The notes under the pieces were generated by a model. It saw only the letters and a list, made by a program, of their open reading frames with translations. It searched no databases and was not told the origin of the DNA. A program made the translations under genes and the position numbers. A stretch of 64,000 bases of DNA from Planctomycetota bacterium. GTDB lineage: Bacteria > Planctomycetota > UBA1135 > UBA2386. The DNA lies in assembly GCA_965223545.1 (NCBI GenBank), contig OZ245006.1, forward strand, positions 5,472,001 through 5,536,000, in the 5' to 3' direction. Of this stretch, positions 47,736 to 55,984 are shown in pieces (position 1 is the first letter of the stretch; each line of letters opens with the position of its first letter).

Positions 47736-50700
47736 GGTGCGCGCCGCTCCGCCGCGGCCGGCAGCGCGGTGCCCTCGACCCAAGGGGCGCCCGCGGCCTG
47801 CAGCGCGCGGCCGAGCTCTTGCACCTCGGCGCGGGCGCCATCGAACGCCGCGCGGATCTCGCCGAGCGCTTGTTCGACGATCTCCATGCTGCGCCGGTGC
47901 GTCGTCGTCGGGCCGTAGGTCGAGCGGTCGATGCCGCGGGCCAGGCTCGCCAGCCGGTCGCCGGGCGTGGGCGTGTCGACGGCGCCCGGTTGCTGCCGCG
48001 CGCGGTGGCCGTAGAGCTGGCGGTCGAGCTCCTGCAAGGCGCCGCGCGCCGCGTGCCAGCGCGCATCCAGCGGGCCGGGTGGCGCGCTCGAGTGCTGCAG
48101 TGCGGTGCGCATCCGCTCGATCGTCACCAGCATCTGCGCTAGCTCTTGGCTCAGCGCACCGTGCGTGCGCACCGCCGCTTCGTAGCGGCGCCAAAAGCTG
48201 GCGACGGCATCCGGCGAGGCACCCGGCAGGCTGCCTCCGCGCAGCGGCACGACGTCGAAGGCCTGTGGCGCCGACAGCGGCTCGAGGGCGCTGTCGTGAT
48301 CGCGATACAGGCTGACGGTGTAGGACCCCGGGGCGGCGAGCAGCCCGCGCGGCGGGTCGCCCCACAGTGGCGGCGGTGGTTCGACGCGCAGCAGCGCGTG
48401 CGGTGTCGGCATGCGCAGGTCCCAGGCGATGCGGTGGAAGCCCTTCTCCGCCGGGCCGGGAAGGCGGCGAACGACTTGCCCGTCGGCGTCGCGTACCACC
48501 AGCAGGGTTCGCGGCGGCACCGCCCGCCGCTCGCGTTCGACGGCGTCCCATCCCGGGAACGCAACCGGCTCGCCCTGTGCGCGTGCCGCGGTCTCGCGCT
48601 CCCGGCGGGCTTCGTCCAGCGGCGGCATGTCCTCGCCAAGGTGCACGGTGAACACCGCGCCGAACGGCGGGTTGGGCGCAGCGAAGTGGGACGCACCCTG
48701 GTCGCCGACGCCACTGGCGAAGCCGAGGATCGGCCGGGGCACGTACCACCAAGCGTCGCGCACCGGAAACAGGGTCGCCGCGCGCGCCAGCTGCGCGTCC
48801 GAGACGTGGCGCAGAGGCGTGAGATCGTCCAGCACGAAGATGCCGCGGCCGAAGGAAGCCGCCACCAGATCGTCGTCCCGGCGGTGGATGGCGAGGTCGC
48901 GGAACGCGATCGTCGGCACTCCGCCGCGCAGAGGCGTCCAGCGCGTGCCGCCGTCGACCGTGACGTAGAGGCCGAACTCGGTGGCGGCGAACAGCAGGCC
49001 TGGCGCGACGTGGTCTTGCACCACGCGCCAGACCAGAGTGCGCTCGGGCAGGTCGCCGCGCATCGACTGCCAGCTGCGCCCGCGGTCGCGGCTGCGCACC
49101 AAGTGCGGCGAGAAGTCGCCGCTCTTGTGGTGGTCGAGCGCGACGTAGACGGTGTCGGCGTCGAACAGATCGGCCTTGATGTCGTTGACGAACGCCGCCG
49201 CCGGCACGCCCGGCAGAGTGTCGACGTCGATGGCGCGCCAGTCGGTGCCTCCGTTCTCGCTCACGGACAGCTTGCCGTCGTCGGTGCCGGCGTAGAGCAA
49301 GCCCTCCGCCAGCGGCGATTCCGCGAGCGAGGTGATCGTGCCGAACGCCGACATCGCCGACAGATCCCACGCGTTGTCCCAGCTCTGCGTCCCCCCCATG
49401 ATCGGCTGCGCGATGCGTTCGAGGCCCCGGGTGAGGTCGCCCGACACCGCGGTCCACGAGTCGCCGCGGTCGTCGCTGCGCCAGACGCGCTGCGAGGCGA
49501 AGTAGACCCGCGTCGGCTGGTGTGGGCTGATCAGGATCGGGGCATCCCAGTTGAACCGCTCGGCGCCGGCGCCGGCCTCGGCCTGTGGCTGGATGTCGAC
49601 CACCTCGCCGGTGCGCACGTCGACGCGCGACAGGATGCCCTGCTGCCGTTCGGCGTAAACGATGTCGGGGTTGCCGGGCTCGGTCGCCGGCTGGTGGCCG
49701 TCCCAGTCGAGCACCATGCGCCAATCGGCATTGCGGATGCCGTGCAGGTTGTCGGTGCGCACCGGCCCGCGTTGGGTCGCGTTGTCCTGGGTGCCGCCGT
49801 AGACGTGGTAGAACGGCGCCGTGTCGTCGAGCGCGATCTTGTAGTACTGAGTCAGCGGCAGGTTGGCGAAGTAGCGCCAGTGCGCGCCGTGATCGAAGCT
49901 CTCGTAGAGCCCGCCGTCGGTGCCGATGAGGAGGTAGTCCGGGTCGCTGGCCTTGAACGCGAGCGCGTGGTTGTCCGAGTGCTTGTGCTCTTCGGGCAGT
50001 CGCGTGAAGGTCCGGCCACCGTCGTCCGAGACCTGCATGCGCACGTCCGCGAGATAGATCCTGTCGAACCGGTGCGGCGACGCGTACAGCTCTTGGTAGT
50101 AGTGCGGGCCGGTGCCGCCGGAGACGACATCGGAGCGCTTCTCCCAGGTCGCGCCGCGGTCGGTCGAGCGGAAGACCCCGCCGGTGCGCCGCTCGAGCTC
50201 GATCGCGGCATAGACGACGTCCGGCTGCTGCGGCGATAGCGCCAGGCCGATCTTGCCCATCGGCGTCTCCGGCAAGCCGGTGGTCAGAGGTTGCCAGGTG
50301 ATCCCGCCGTCGTCGCTGCGGTGCAGGCCCGAGCCCTCACCGCCGCCGAGATACGCCGCGACCGTGCGGTGCCGCTGCCAGGTCGCCGCGTACAGCCGGT
50401 CGGGATCGCGCGGGTCGAGCGCGAGATCGGTCGCGCCCACCCACTGATCGTCGCCCAGCGTGCGGGCCCAAGACACGCCCCCGTCGGTGCTGCGGTAGAC
50501 GCCCCGCTCGCCGCCCGGAGTCCACAGCGGCCCCTGCGCCGCCACCCAGATCGTGTCCGAGTCGGTTGGATGGACGATGATCTCGGCGATGTGCTGCGAG
50601 TCGGGCAAGCCCATCGCCTGCCAGTGCGCCCCACCGTCGTCGCTGCGATACACGCCGTCGCCGAAGCCGACGTGGCGGCCGCCGACGTTCTCGCCGGTGC

Positions 50701-51004
50701 CGACCCAGACCACGTTCGGCTGGCTGGGATCGATCGTCACACAGCCGATCGAGTAGCTCGGTTGTTCGTCGAACACCGGCGCGAAGGTGACGCCGGCGTT
50801 GGTGGTCTTCCACACCCCGCCGGAGCCGGCGGCGACGTACCAAGTGGCTTCGTCTTCGGGATGGATCGCGATGTCCGCGATCCGACCCGACATGAACGCC
50901 GGTCCCAAAGCGCGCAGCCGGAGGCCGGCGAACGTGTCCGATTCTTGCGCCGGGATGGCGCCGGCCGAAAGGAGGAGCAGAGACAGGATGCGTGGTCGTC
51001 GCAT
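47732..51004 (-). CDS. VPS10/sortilin-like BNR-repeat glycosyl hydrolase
   Basis: LRALGPAFMSGRIADI, GGVWKTTNAG, many S.D.G.TW Asp-boxes, GGTQDN, RFNWDAP and ATEFGL. Confidence 0.9.
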   Translation of the reverse strand: MRRPRILSLLLLSAGAIPAQESDTFAGLRLRALGPAFMSGRIADIAIHPEDEATWYVAAGSGGVWKTTNAGVTFAPVFDEQPSYSIGCVTIDPSQPNVVWVGTGENVGGRHVGFGDGVYRSDDGGAHWQAMGLPDSQHIAEIIVHPTDSDTIWVAAQGPLWTPGGERGVYRSTDGGVSWARTLGDDQWVGATDLALDPRDPDRLYAATWQRHRTVAAYLGGGEGSGLHRSDDGGITWQPLTTGLPETPMGKIGLALSPQQPDVVYAAIELERRTGGVFRSTDRGATWEKRSDVVSGGTGPHYYQELYASPHRFDRIYLADVRMQVSDDGGRTFTRLPEEHKHSDNHALAFKASDPDYLLIGTDGGLYESFDHGAHWRYFANLPLTQYYKIALDDTAPFYHVYGGTQDNATQRGPVRTDNLHGIRNADWRMVLDWDGHQPATEPGNPDIVYAERQQGILSRVDVRTGEVVDIQPQAEAGAGAERFNWDAPILISPHQPTRVYFASQRVWRSDDRGDSWTAVSGDLTRGLERIAQPIMGGTQSWDNAWDLSAMSAFGTITSLAESPLAEGLLYAGTDDGKLSVSENGGTDWRAIDVDTLPGVPAAAFVNDIKADLFDADTVYVALDHHKSGDFSPHLVRSRDRGRSWQSMRGDLPERTLVWRVVQDHVAPGLLFAATEFGLYVTVDGGTRWTPLRGGVPTIAFRDLAIHRRDDDLVAASFGRGIFVLDDLTPLRHVSDAQLARAATLFPVRDAWWYVPRPILGFASGVGDQGASHFAAPNPPFGAVFTVHLGEDMPPLDEARRERETAARAQGEPVAFPGWDAVERERRAVPPRTLLVVRDADGQVVRRLPGPAEKGFHRIAWDLRMPTPHALLRVEPPPPLWGDPPRGLLAAPGSYTVSLYRDHDSALEPLSAPQAFDVVPLRGGSLPGASPDAVASFWRRYEAAVRTHGALSQELAQMLVTIERMRTALQHSSAPPGPLDARWHAARGALQELDRQLYGHRARQQPGAVDTPTPGDRLASLARGIDRSTYGPTTTHRRSMEIVEQALGEIRAAFDGARAEVQELGRALQAAGAPWVEGTALPAAAERRAP

Positions 51005-51017
51005 GGTCGATCGCGAT

Positions 51018-51035
51018 AGTACGGAGCCAGGCTCC
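51018..51035 (+). repeat. Dispersed REP-like motif copy AGTACGGAGCCAGGCTCC
   Basis: 17 of 18 bases identical to 36045-36062. Confidence 0.75.
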
Positions 51036-51059
51036 ATTTCATCACCCCCGACCGCACCC

Positions 51060-51186
51060 CGCCGCAGCGCGGCCACCCTGGTCGAGAGTGCCGTTGAAGC
51101 CGACGAACACCGGCGAGTTGGCGTAGCTGAGCGTCAGCGCCGAGAAGGTGTCGAGGTTGACCGGCACGTACAGGCCGTTGGGGAGG
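51060..51186 (-). pseudogene. Diverged 127-bp fragment of the 3' region of gene 52742..55075 (direct repeat of 52859..52985)
   Basis: Ungapped alignment with about 9 mismatches by manual count; LPNGLYVPVNLDTFSALTLSYANSPVF versus LPNGLHVPINLDSFSALTLSYANSPVF. Confidence 0.92.
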
Positions 51187-51263
51187 TGTTGGGGAGGGGC
51201 GTGCCTGGTGAGGAGGTCCCATGTATAGTGAGAAGTAAATGGCCCATTTGCCGTGTGACTGAC

Positions 51264-52649
51264 ATGGGAGCGTGTAGGTGTTCTTGGATGGCGGCTTGGG
51301 TTCTTGGTCTCAGCTCCGCTGCGCTATCTGGCCAGGCGGTTCGGTGGGATCGAGTAACGCCGCCGACGACACCGCCTTCTCTGTACTCTCCGCTCGCCTA
51401 TGACAGTGCGCGCGGAGAAGTCGTGGTTTTTGGCCGACTTGGTTATGGTTGTAGTGGAGTTTGTGCTCCGGAGACGTGGGTCTTCAATGGAAACACCTGG
51501 CTTCGCAAGAATCCCTCCGTATCTCCGTCAAGCCGCGATCTTCATGCAATGGTCTTTGATATTGCGCGCAACCGACTGATACTGTTTGGCGGCGTGGACA
51601 GTGGCTCACGCCCACTGGGTGACACGTGGTCGTGGGATGGTAGTTCTTGGACGCGGGTTGCAACGAGCGGTCCAGCACCCAGATTTGGCGCAACAATGGC
51701 ATACGATTCTCTGCGCGAGAGGGTTGTGCTCTTCGGTGGTGAAAGCTCGGGAACAACGTACTCAGTGACGTTGCAAGACACTTGGGAATGGGATGGTACG
51801 AGGTGGCTTGCCATGCAAGCCTCGAGTCGTCCGCCCGCTCGAGTCGATTGTGCTTCGGCCTTCGATGCCGCTCGCGGCCAAACAGTGATCTTCGGCGGTA
51901 GCTCGACGGCGTCTGTAACGGCACTGATACACGATATGTGGGGCTGGGATGGGACGTCTTGGACTCAACTACGCCCGGCCTCGTTGCCTCCCGCGCGCAA
52001 CAATCCAGCGATGGTGTGGGACACGTGGCGTGAGCGGGTCGTGCTGTTTGGAGGCGGTCAGGCGACGGGGCTGATTACGGACGTGTGGGAGTGGGATGGG
52101 AGCTGGGTTCTTCGGTTGCCATCCGGAGCTGGTCCCGCTCAACCGGCTGGCGCGGCATTCGACTCGCGGCGCGGCCGCACAGTGACCTTCGGGGGTTGGT
52201 CTTCCACAGAGACGTGGGAGTACGGACCTCTCCTTCCAGCCCAGTGCGTCCGGTATGGCGCCGGTTGCCGCGGAAGCAACGGTGTCCCCGCCCTCGACTG
52301 CGGTAGTCTGCCGTGGGCCAACAGCCAGTTGACGCTTGGCTTGGGCAATGCGCCCCCGAGCACTCCGGTGATCGGTGTCTTTGGAGCATCGCGTTCTTCC
52401 TGGGGACAGCTTTCCTTGCCCGCCGCGATTGCCGGGACGGGTGGGTGTATGTTGCTGACGAGCGTCGAGCTCGCCCTGCCGGCGATGACCGATCCGACGG
52501 GAGCGGCCGGCTGGCGCGTGCGGGTGCCCAACATCGCGACGTTGGTGGGCGTGTCTTACTTCGGGCAGGGATTGGTCGCGGATGCGCTCGCGAATCCGAC
52601 GGGGATCGTCGCGTCGAACGGGCTGGTGATGACGGTGGGTCTCAAGTAG
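51264..52649 (+). CDS. Secreted Kelch/galactose-oxidase-like repeat protein with conserved C-terminal domain
   Basis: Repeats M.YD..R.R.VLFGG.....DTWEWDG..W; YGAGC.GS.G.P linker; clearly lower GC at third codon positions than the flanking genes. Confidence 0.88.
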   Translation: MGACRCSWMAAWVLGLSSAALSGQAVRWDRVTPPTTPPSLYSPLAYDSARGEVVVFGRLGYGCSGVCAPETWVFNGNTWLRKNPSVSPSSRDLHAMVFDIARNRLILFGGVDSGSRPLGDTWSWDGSSWTRVATSGPAPRFGATMAYDSLRERVVLFGGESSGTTYSVTLQDTWEWDGTRWLAMQASSRPPARVDCASAFDAARGQTVIFGGSSTASVTALIHDMWGWDGTSWTQLRPASLPPARNNPAMVWDTWRERVVLFGGGQATGLITDVWEWDGSWVLRLPSGAGPAQPAGAAFDSRRGRTVTFGGWSSTETWEYGPLLPAQCVRYGAGCRGSNGVPALDCGSLPWANSQLTLGLGNAPPSTPVIGVFGASRSSWGQLSLPAAIAGTGGCMLLTSVELALPAMTDPTGAAGWRVRVPNIATLVGVSYFGQGLVADALANPTGIVASNGLVMTVGLK

Positions 52650-52699
52650 GCGAGAGCGTTGTGGGCGCAAAGCCCGTCTGCGGCGCTCTGGCGCTCGCA

Positions 52700-52731
52700 T
52701 GCGCACATGCGCACATGCGCACCTGCGCACC
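52700..52731. repeat. Short tandem repeat (TGCGCACA/C) x4 between convergent genes
   Basis: TGCGCACA TGCGCACA TGCGCACC TGCGCACC read directly. Confidence 0.8.
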
Positions 52732-52741
52732 GCCGCGCCGA

Positions 52742-55075
52742 CTACGGCGACAATCCCAGGCGCACCGCGTTGGACGCGAAGCCGAAGCTCGGCACCAGGA
52801 CGTAGGCGAAGTGCGCCGTCGTTCCGGCGACCGAAGGCAACGGTGGCAAGACCACCGCCGCCGCCGCGCGGCCACCTTGGTCGAGCGTGCCGTTGAAGCC
52901 GACGAACACCGGCGAGTTGGCGTAGCTGAGCGTCAGCGCCGAGAACGAATCGAGGTTGATCGGCACGTGCAGACCGTTGGGGAGGGTCGTGCCCGGTGAC
53001 GCCCCGGCCAGCGTGCCGACCACCGCGTAGCCTTCGTTGGCGTGCGCCGCGCCCGCATCGAGCGTGAGCTCGACCCGGCCGCCGATCGACGCCGGCAGGG
53101 TCGTGGTGTCCGTGGCGAGTGGCTGGGCGGGGTTGAGCAGCACGGCCGCGCTCTCGCTGACCGCGGACACCCACAAGTTGCCGTCGGCGTCGAACTTCGC
53201 CGCCCCCAGCTGGTAGTGCGGCAAGGGCGAGCTGCCGTAGCTCCACACCTTCCAACGCGTCGGGTCCCGCGGGTCGCCGTCGATCACGCACACGCCGTTG
53301 GGGAACGGCGTGACCGCGCCGAACTCGAGGCAGGCGAGGCCGATCACCCCGTCGTCGCGGACATCGAGGCCGGCGACCTGGCGCGCTGGCAGCGGCGAGT
53401 TGCGGCGGTGGAACTCCTCGAACGACGTGCCGTCGTAGCGCACCAATCCCTGGTCGGTGCCGAACCACTTGACGTCGTCCGGGCCGTTCGCCATCACGTT
53501 GATGCCGCCCAGGTCGAAGAAGTAGTTGGGGTCGGGAAGGGCGATCTTGCGCCAATCGCGGCCATCCCAGCGCCAGACGTCGAACCAGCCGGCGAGCCAG
53601 ACGTCACCGCGCGAATCGGCGAGCATCGTGGTGCCGTTGGGGGCGTAGGGGCGGATCGGCTCGACGACCCAAGTGCGCCCGTCGAAGCGATAGATCGTGC
53701 CGTACTCGGTGGCGGCGAAGAGGTTGCCGGCGGCGTCCTCGGCGAACTGATCGAACATCGTCACGCCGATCGACGGCGTGTTCTGCCAATTCCAGAAGCC
53801 GGTGAACGTCCCGCTGGGTGGATCCCACCGCGCGATGCCGTTGCCGCCCATCCAGCCGATGCCGCTGCGGTCCTCGTAGTAGGTGCCCATCGGCTCGTTG
53901 CCGGCGAACGGGTACGGCTCGGAACCGACGTTGTGGTCGCCCCAGTTGCGCCACCGCAGGCCGTCGAACTGCGTCAACCCACTCTCGCCGGCGGCGATCC
54001 ACAGGTTGCCGGACCGATCGACATCGAACTTGTCGATGAAGTAGTCGCCCTGCCCGGTGTTGTAGGAGTTGTAGTCCGCGAGCAGGCGGCCGGCGCCGTC
54101 GAAGTGGCCGAGGGCACCGATCGTGCCGATCCAGACGTCGGTGCCGCGCGGGTCCGGCGCGATGTTGAAGACCTTGTTCAAGCCCGAGGCCCAGACCGTG
54201 AAGCTGCGCCCGGCGTCGGTGGTCTTGCGAATGGTGCCGAGCCAGTCGCCGAGGAACACCGCGCCGTCGTCGTCGATGCCGATCGCGGTGGGGGTCGTCG
54301 CGATCGGATAGCGCGTGAAGCTCTGGCCGTCGTACTTCGCGAACCAGTTGCCGCCGCCGACGCCCGCCCGCAGCCAGAGGTTGCCGGCGGTGTCCTCGGC
54401 CATCGAACCGACGCGGCCGAAGCTGGCGCCGTGCAGCGTCCACGTCGTGCCGTCGAACTCGGCGATGCCGTTGAGCACCTCGTTGGCCACCCAGACGTGG
54501 TCGTCGCGGTCGACCAGGACGTGGCTGAGCGAGCCCCACGGCGGGGCCCAAGGCAGCTCGCTGCCGACTTGGAACGAGCGCCAGTCGCGGCCATCGAATT
54601 CGAAGATCGCCGCCCGCGTGCTGCCGACCGTCGTGTTGTTGAGCCAGACGTGACCAGCGGAGTCGACGTCGAGGTCGGCGATCGTGTTGTGCAGGAGGGG
54701 GGAGTTGGCGGTCGTGTAGACCTGGGCGACGCCACTGTCCCAGTGCACGAGGCCGTTGCCGGTCGCGATCCAGGCGGTGCCGTCCGGCGCCCACACGAGG
54801 TCGTTGACGAAGGCGCTCGGAAACGAGCCGTCGACGTTGTTGAACGTGGTCCACAGATCGCGGCTCGGGTCGTAGACGCCGATGCCGCCCTCGGTCCAAA
54901 AGGGCCACCGCGCCCCGACCCAGACGTGGCCGTCGTCGGCGATCCGCACGATGCGCACCTCCTCGCCCGGAATCCCGGTCGTGCTCGGCTTGACCAGCTT
55001 CCAGGCCTGGGCGGAAGCGAGGGCAGACGTCGCCACGGCGAACAGGCAGACGTGGCACAGCAGAGTCGCTTGCAT
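52742..55075 (-). CDS. Secreted beta-propeller protein (two-component regulator propeller-like repeats) with C-terminal domain
   Basis: Repeats D..G.VW.GT/A and FDG..W, NSPLP motifs; signal peptide from ATG 55075. Confidence 0.82.
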   Translation of the reverse strand: MQATLLCHVCLFAVATSALASAQAWKLVKPSTTGIPGEEVRIVRIADDGHVWVGARWPFWTEGGIGVYDPSRDLWTTFNNVDGSFPSAFVNDLVWAPDGTAWIATGNGLVHWDSGVAQVYTTANSPLLHNTIADLDVDSAGHVWLNNTTVGSTRAAIFEFDGRDWRSFQVGSELPWAPPWGSLSHVLVDRDDHVWVANEVLNGIAEFDGTTWTLHGASFGRVGSMAEDTAGNLWLRAGVGGGNWFAKYDGQSFTRYPIATTPTAIGIDDDGAVFLGDWLGTIRKTTDAGRSFTVWASGLNKVFNIAPDPRGTDVWIGTIGALGHFDGAGRLLADYNSYNTGQGDYFIDKFDVDRSGNLWIAAGESGLTQFDGLRWRNWGDHNVGSEPYPFAGNEPMGTYYEDRSGIGWMGGNGIARWDPPSGTFTGFWNWQNTPSIGVTMFDQFAEDAAGNLFAATEYGTIYRFDGRTWVVEPIRPYAPNGTTMLADSRGDVWLAGWFDVWRWDGRDWRKIALPDPNYFFDLGGINVMANGPDDVKWFGTDQGLVRYDGTSFEEFHRRNSPLPARQVAGLDVRDDGVIGLACLEFGAVTPFPNGVCVIDGDPRDPTRWKVWSYGSSPLPHYQLGAAKFDADGNLWVSAVSESAAVLLNPAQPLATDTTTLPASIGGRVELTLDAGAAHANEGYAVVGTLAGASPGTTLPNGLHVPINLDSFSALTLSYANSPVFVGFNGTLDQGGRAAAAVVLPPLPSVAGTTAHFAYVLVPSFGFASNAVRLGLSP

Positions 55076-55254
55076 GGGGGCGGGGTCCTCGATTGGGGAG
55101 TCGGCGTCACGACGGATAACGCAAATCGCGGGCCGGGATTTCTCGTCCCGGCGTGTGTGCGGGAATCGGACGCGCACCCGCCAGGGCTCGGGTGTTCTGC
55201 GTCGATGACGCAAGCGTGACATGGGCGGGTGCCCCGAGAGTTGATTTCGATCCC

Positions 55255-55971
55255 GTGCTTCCCACGTCCCTCGCCGCCGCGCCCGTGCCCGGCTGGATCC
55301 ACTATCTCCCCCTGCTGACCACGGCGCTCGCGGCCGGGTTCGTCGTCGAGCTCGTGCGCCGCCGGAGCCGTCGCGCGGGCGGAACGCACCTCTCTTGGTG
55401 GGCGTTCGGCGTGTTTTGCTACGGCTTGGGCACTGCGCTCGAGAGCGCCGTCACCTTGGCCGGCAACACCGTCTGGCTCAACAAGGCGTGGTACGTCGCG
55501 GGAGCCGTGCTGGGCGGCTACCCGCTGGCCCAGGGCTCGGTGTACCTGCTAGCATCGCGGCCCACCGCGCGCGCGTTGACTTGGATCAGCCTTCCCGTCG
55601 TTCTCGTGGTCGCGACGCTGGTCTTGCTGTCGCCCGTCCACCTGGCGGCGCTCGAGCCGCACCGCCCGACCGGTGCGATCCTGCAGTGGAGCTGGGTGCG
55701 GGCGTGCACCCCCCTGGTCAACGGGTATGCCGCCGTGTTCCTGATCGGGGGCGCGATCTACAGCGCGGTGCGCGACGCGCGCACGGGGCGCCGCGGCCGC
55801 ACCGCGGGCAACATCTGGATCGCGGTCGGTGCGTTGTTGCCGGGAATCGGCGGCGGCATGGCCAAAGCGGGCGTGGTCGAGGCGTTGTACGTCGGTGAGC
55901 TGGTCGGCTTGGTCTTCATCTGGATCGGGCACAGGTTGTGTGTCGGGACCGAACGCGCCGGCGCGCGGTAG
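55255..55971 (+). CDS. Hypothetical polytopic membrane protein
   Basis: About seven hydrophobic segments; WYVAGAVLGGYPLAQG; start approximate. Confidence 0.7.
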   Translation: MLPTSLAAAPVPGWIHYLPLLTTALAAGFVVELVRRRSRRAGGTHLSWWAFGVFCYGLGTALESAVTLAGNTVWLNKAWYVAGAVLGGYPLAQGSVYLLASRPTARALTWISLPVVLVVATLVLLSPVHLAALEPHRPTGAILQWSWVRACTPLVNGYAAVFLIGGAIYSAVRDARTGRRGRTAGNIWIAVGALLPGIGGGMAKAGVVEALYVGELVGLVFIWIGHRLCVGTERAGAR

Positions 55972-55984
55972 ACTCGGCGCCCCA

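Noticed and set aside
52700..52731. 8-bp tandem repeat as a regulatory array
   Set aside because: Four units between convergent 3' ends; most simply a slippage product or part of a terminator.
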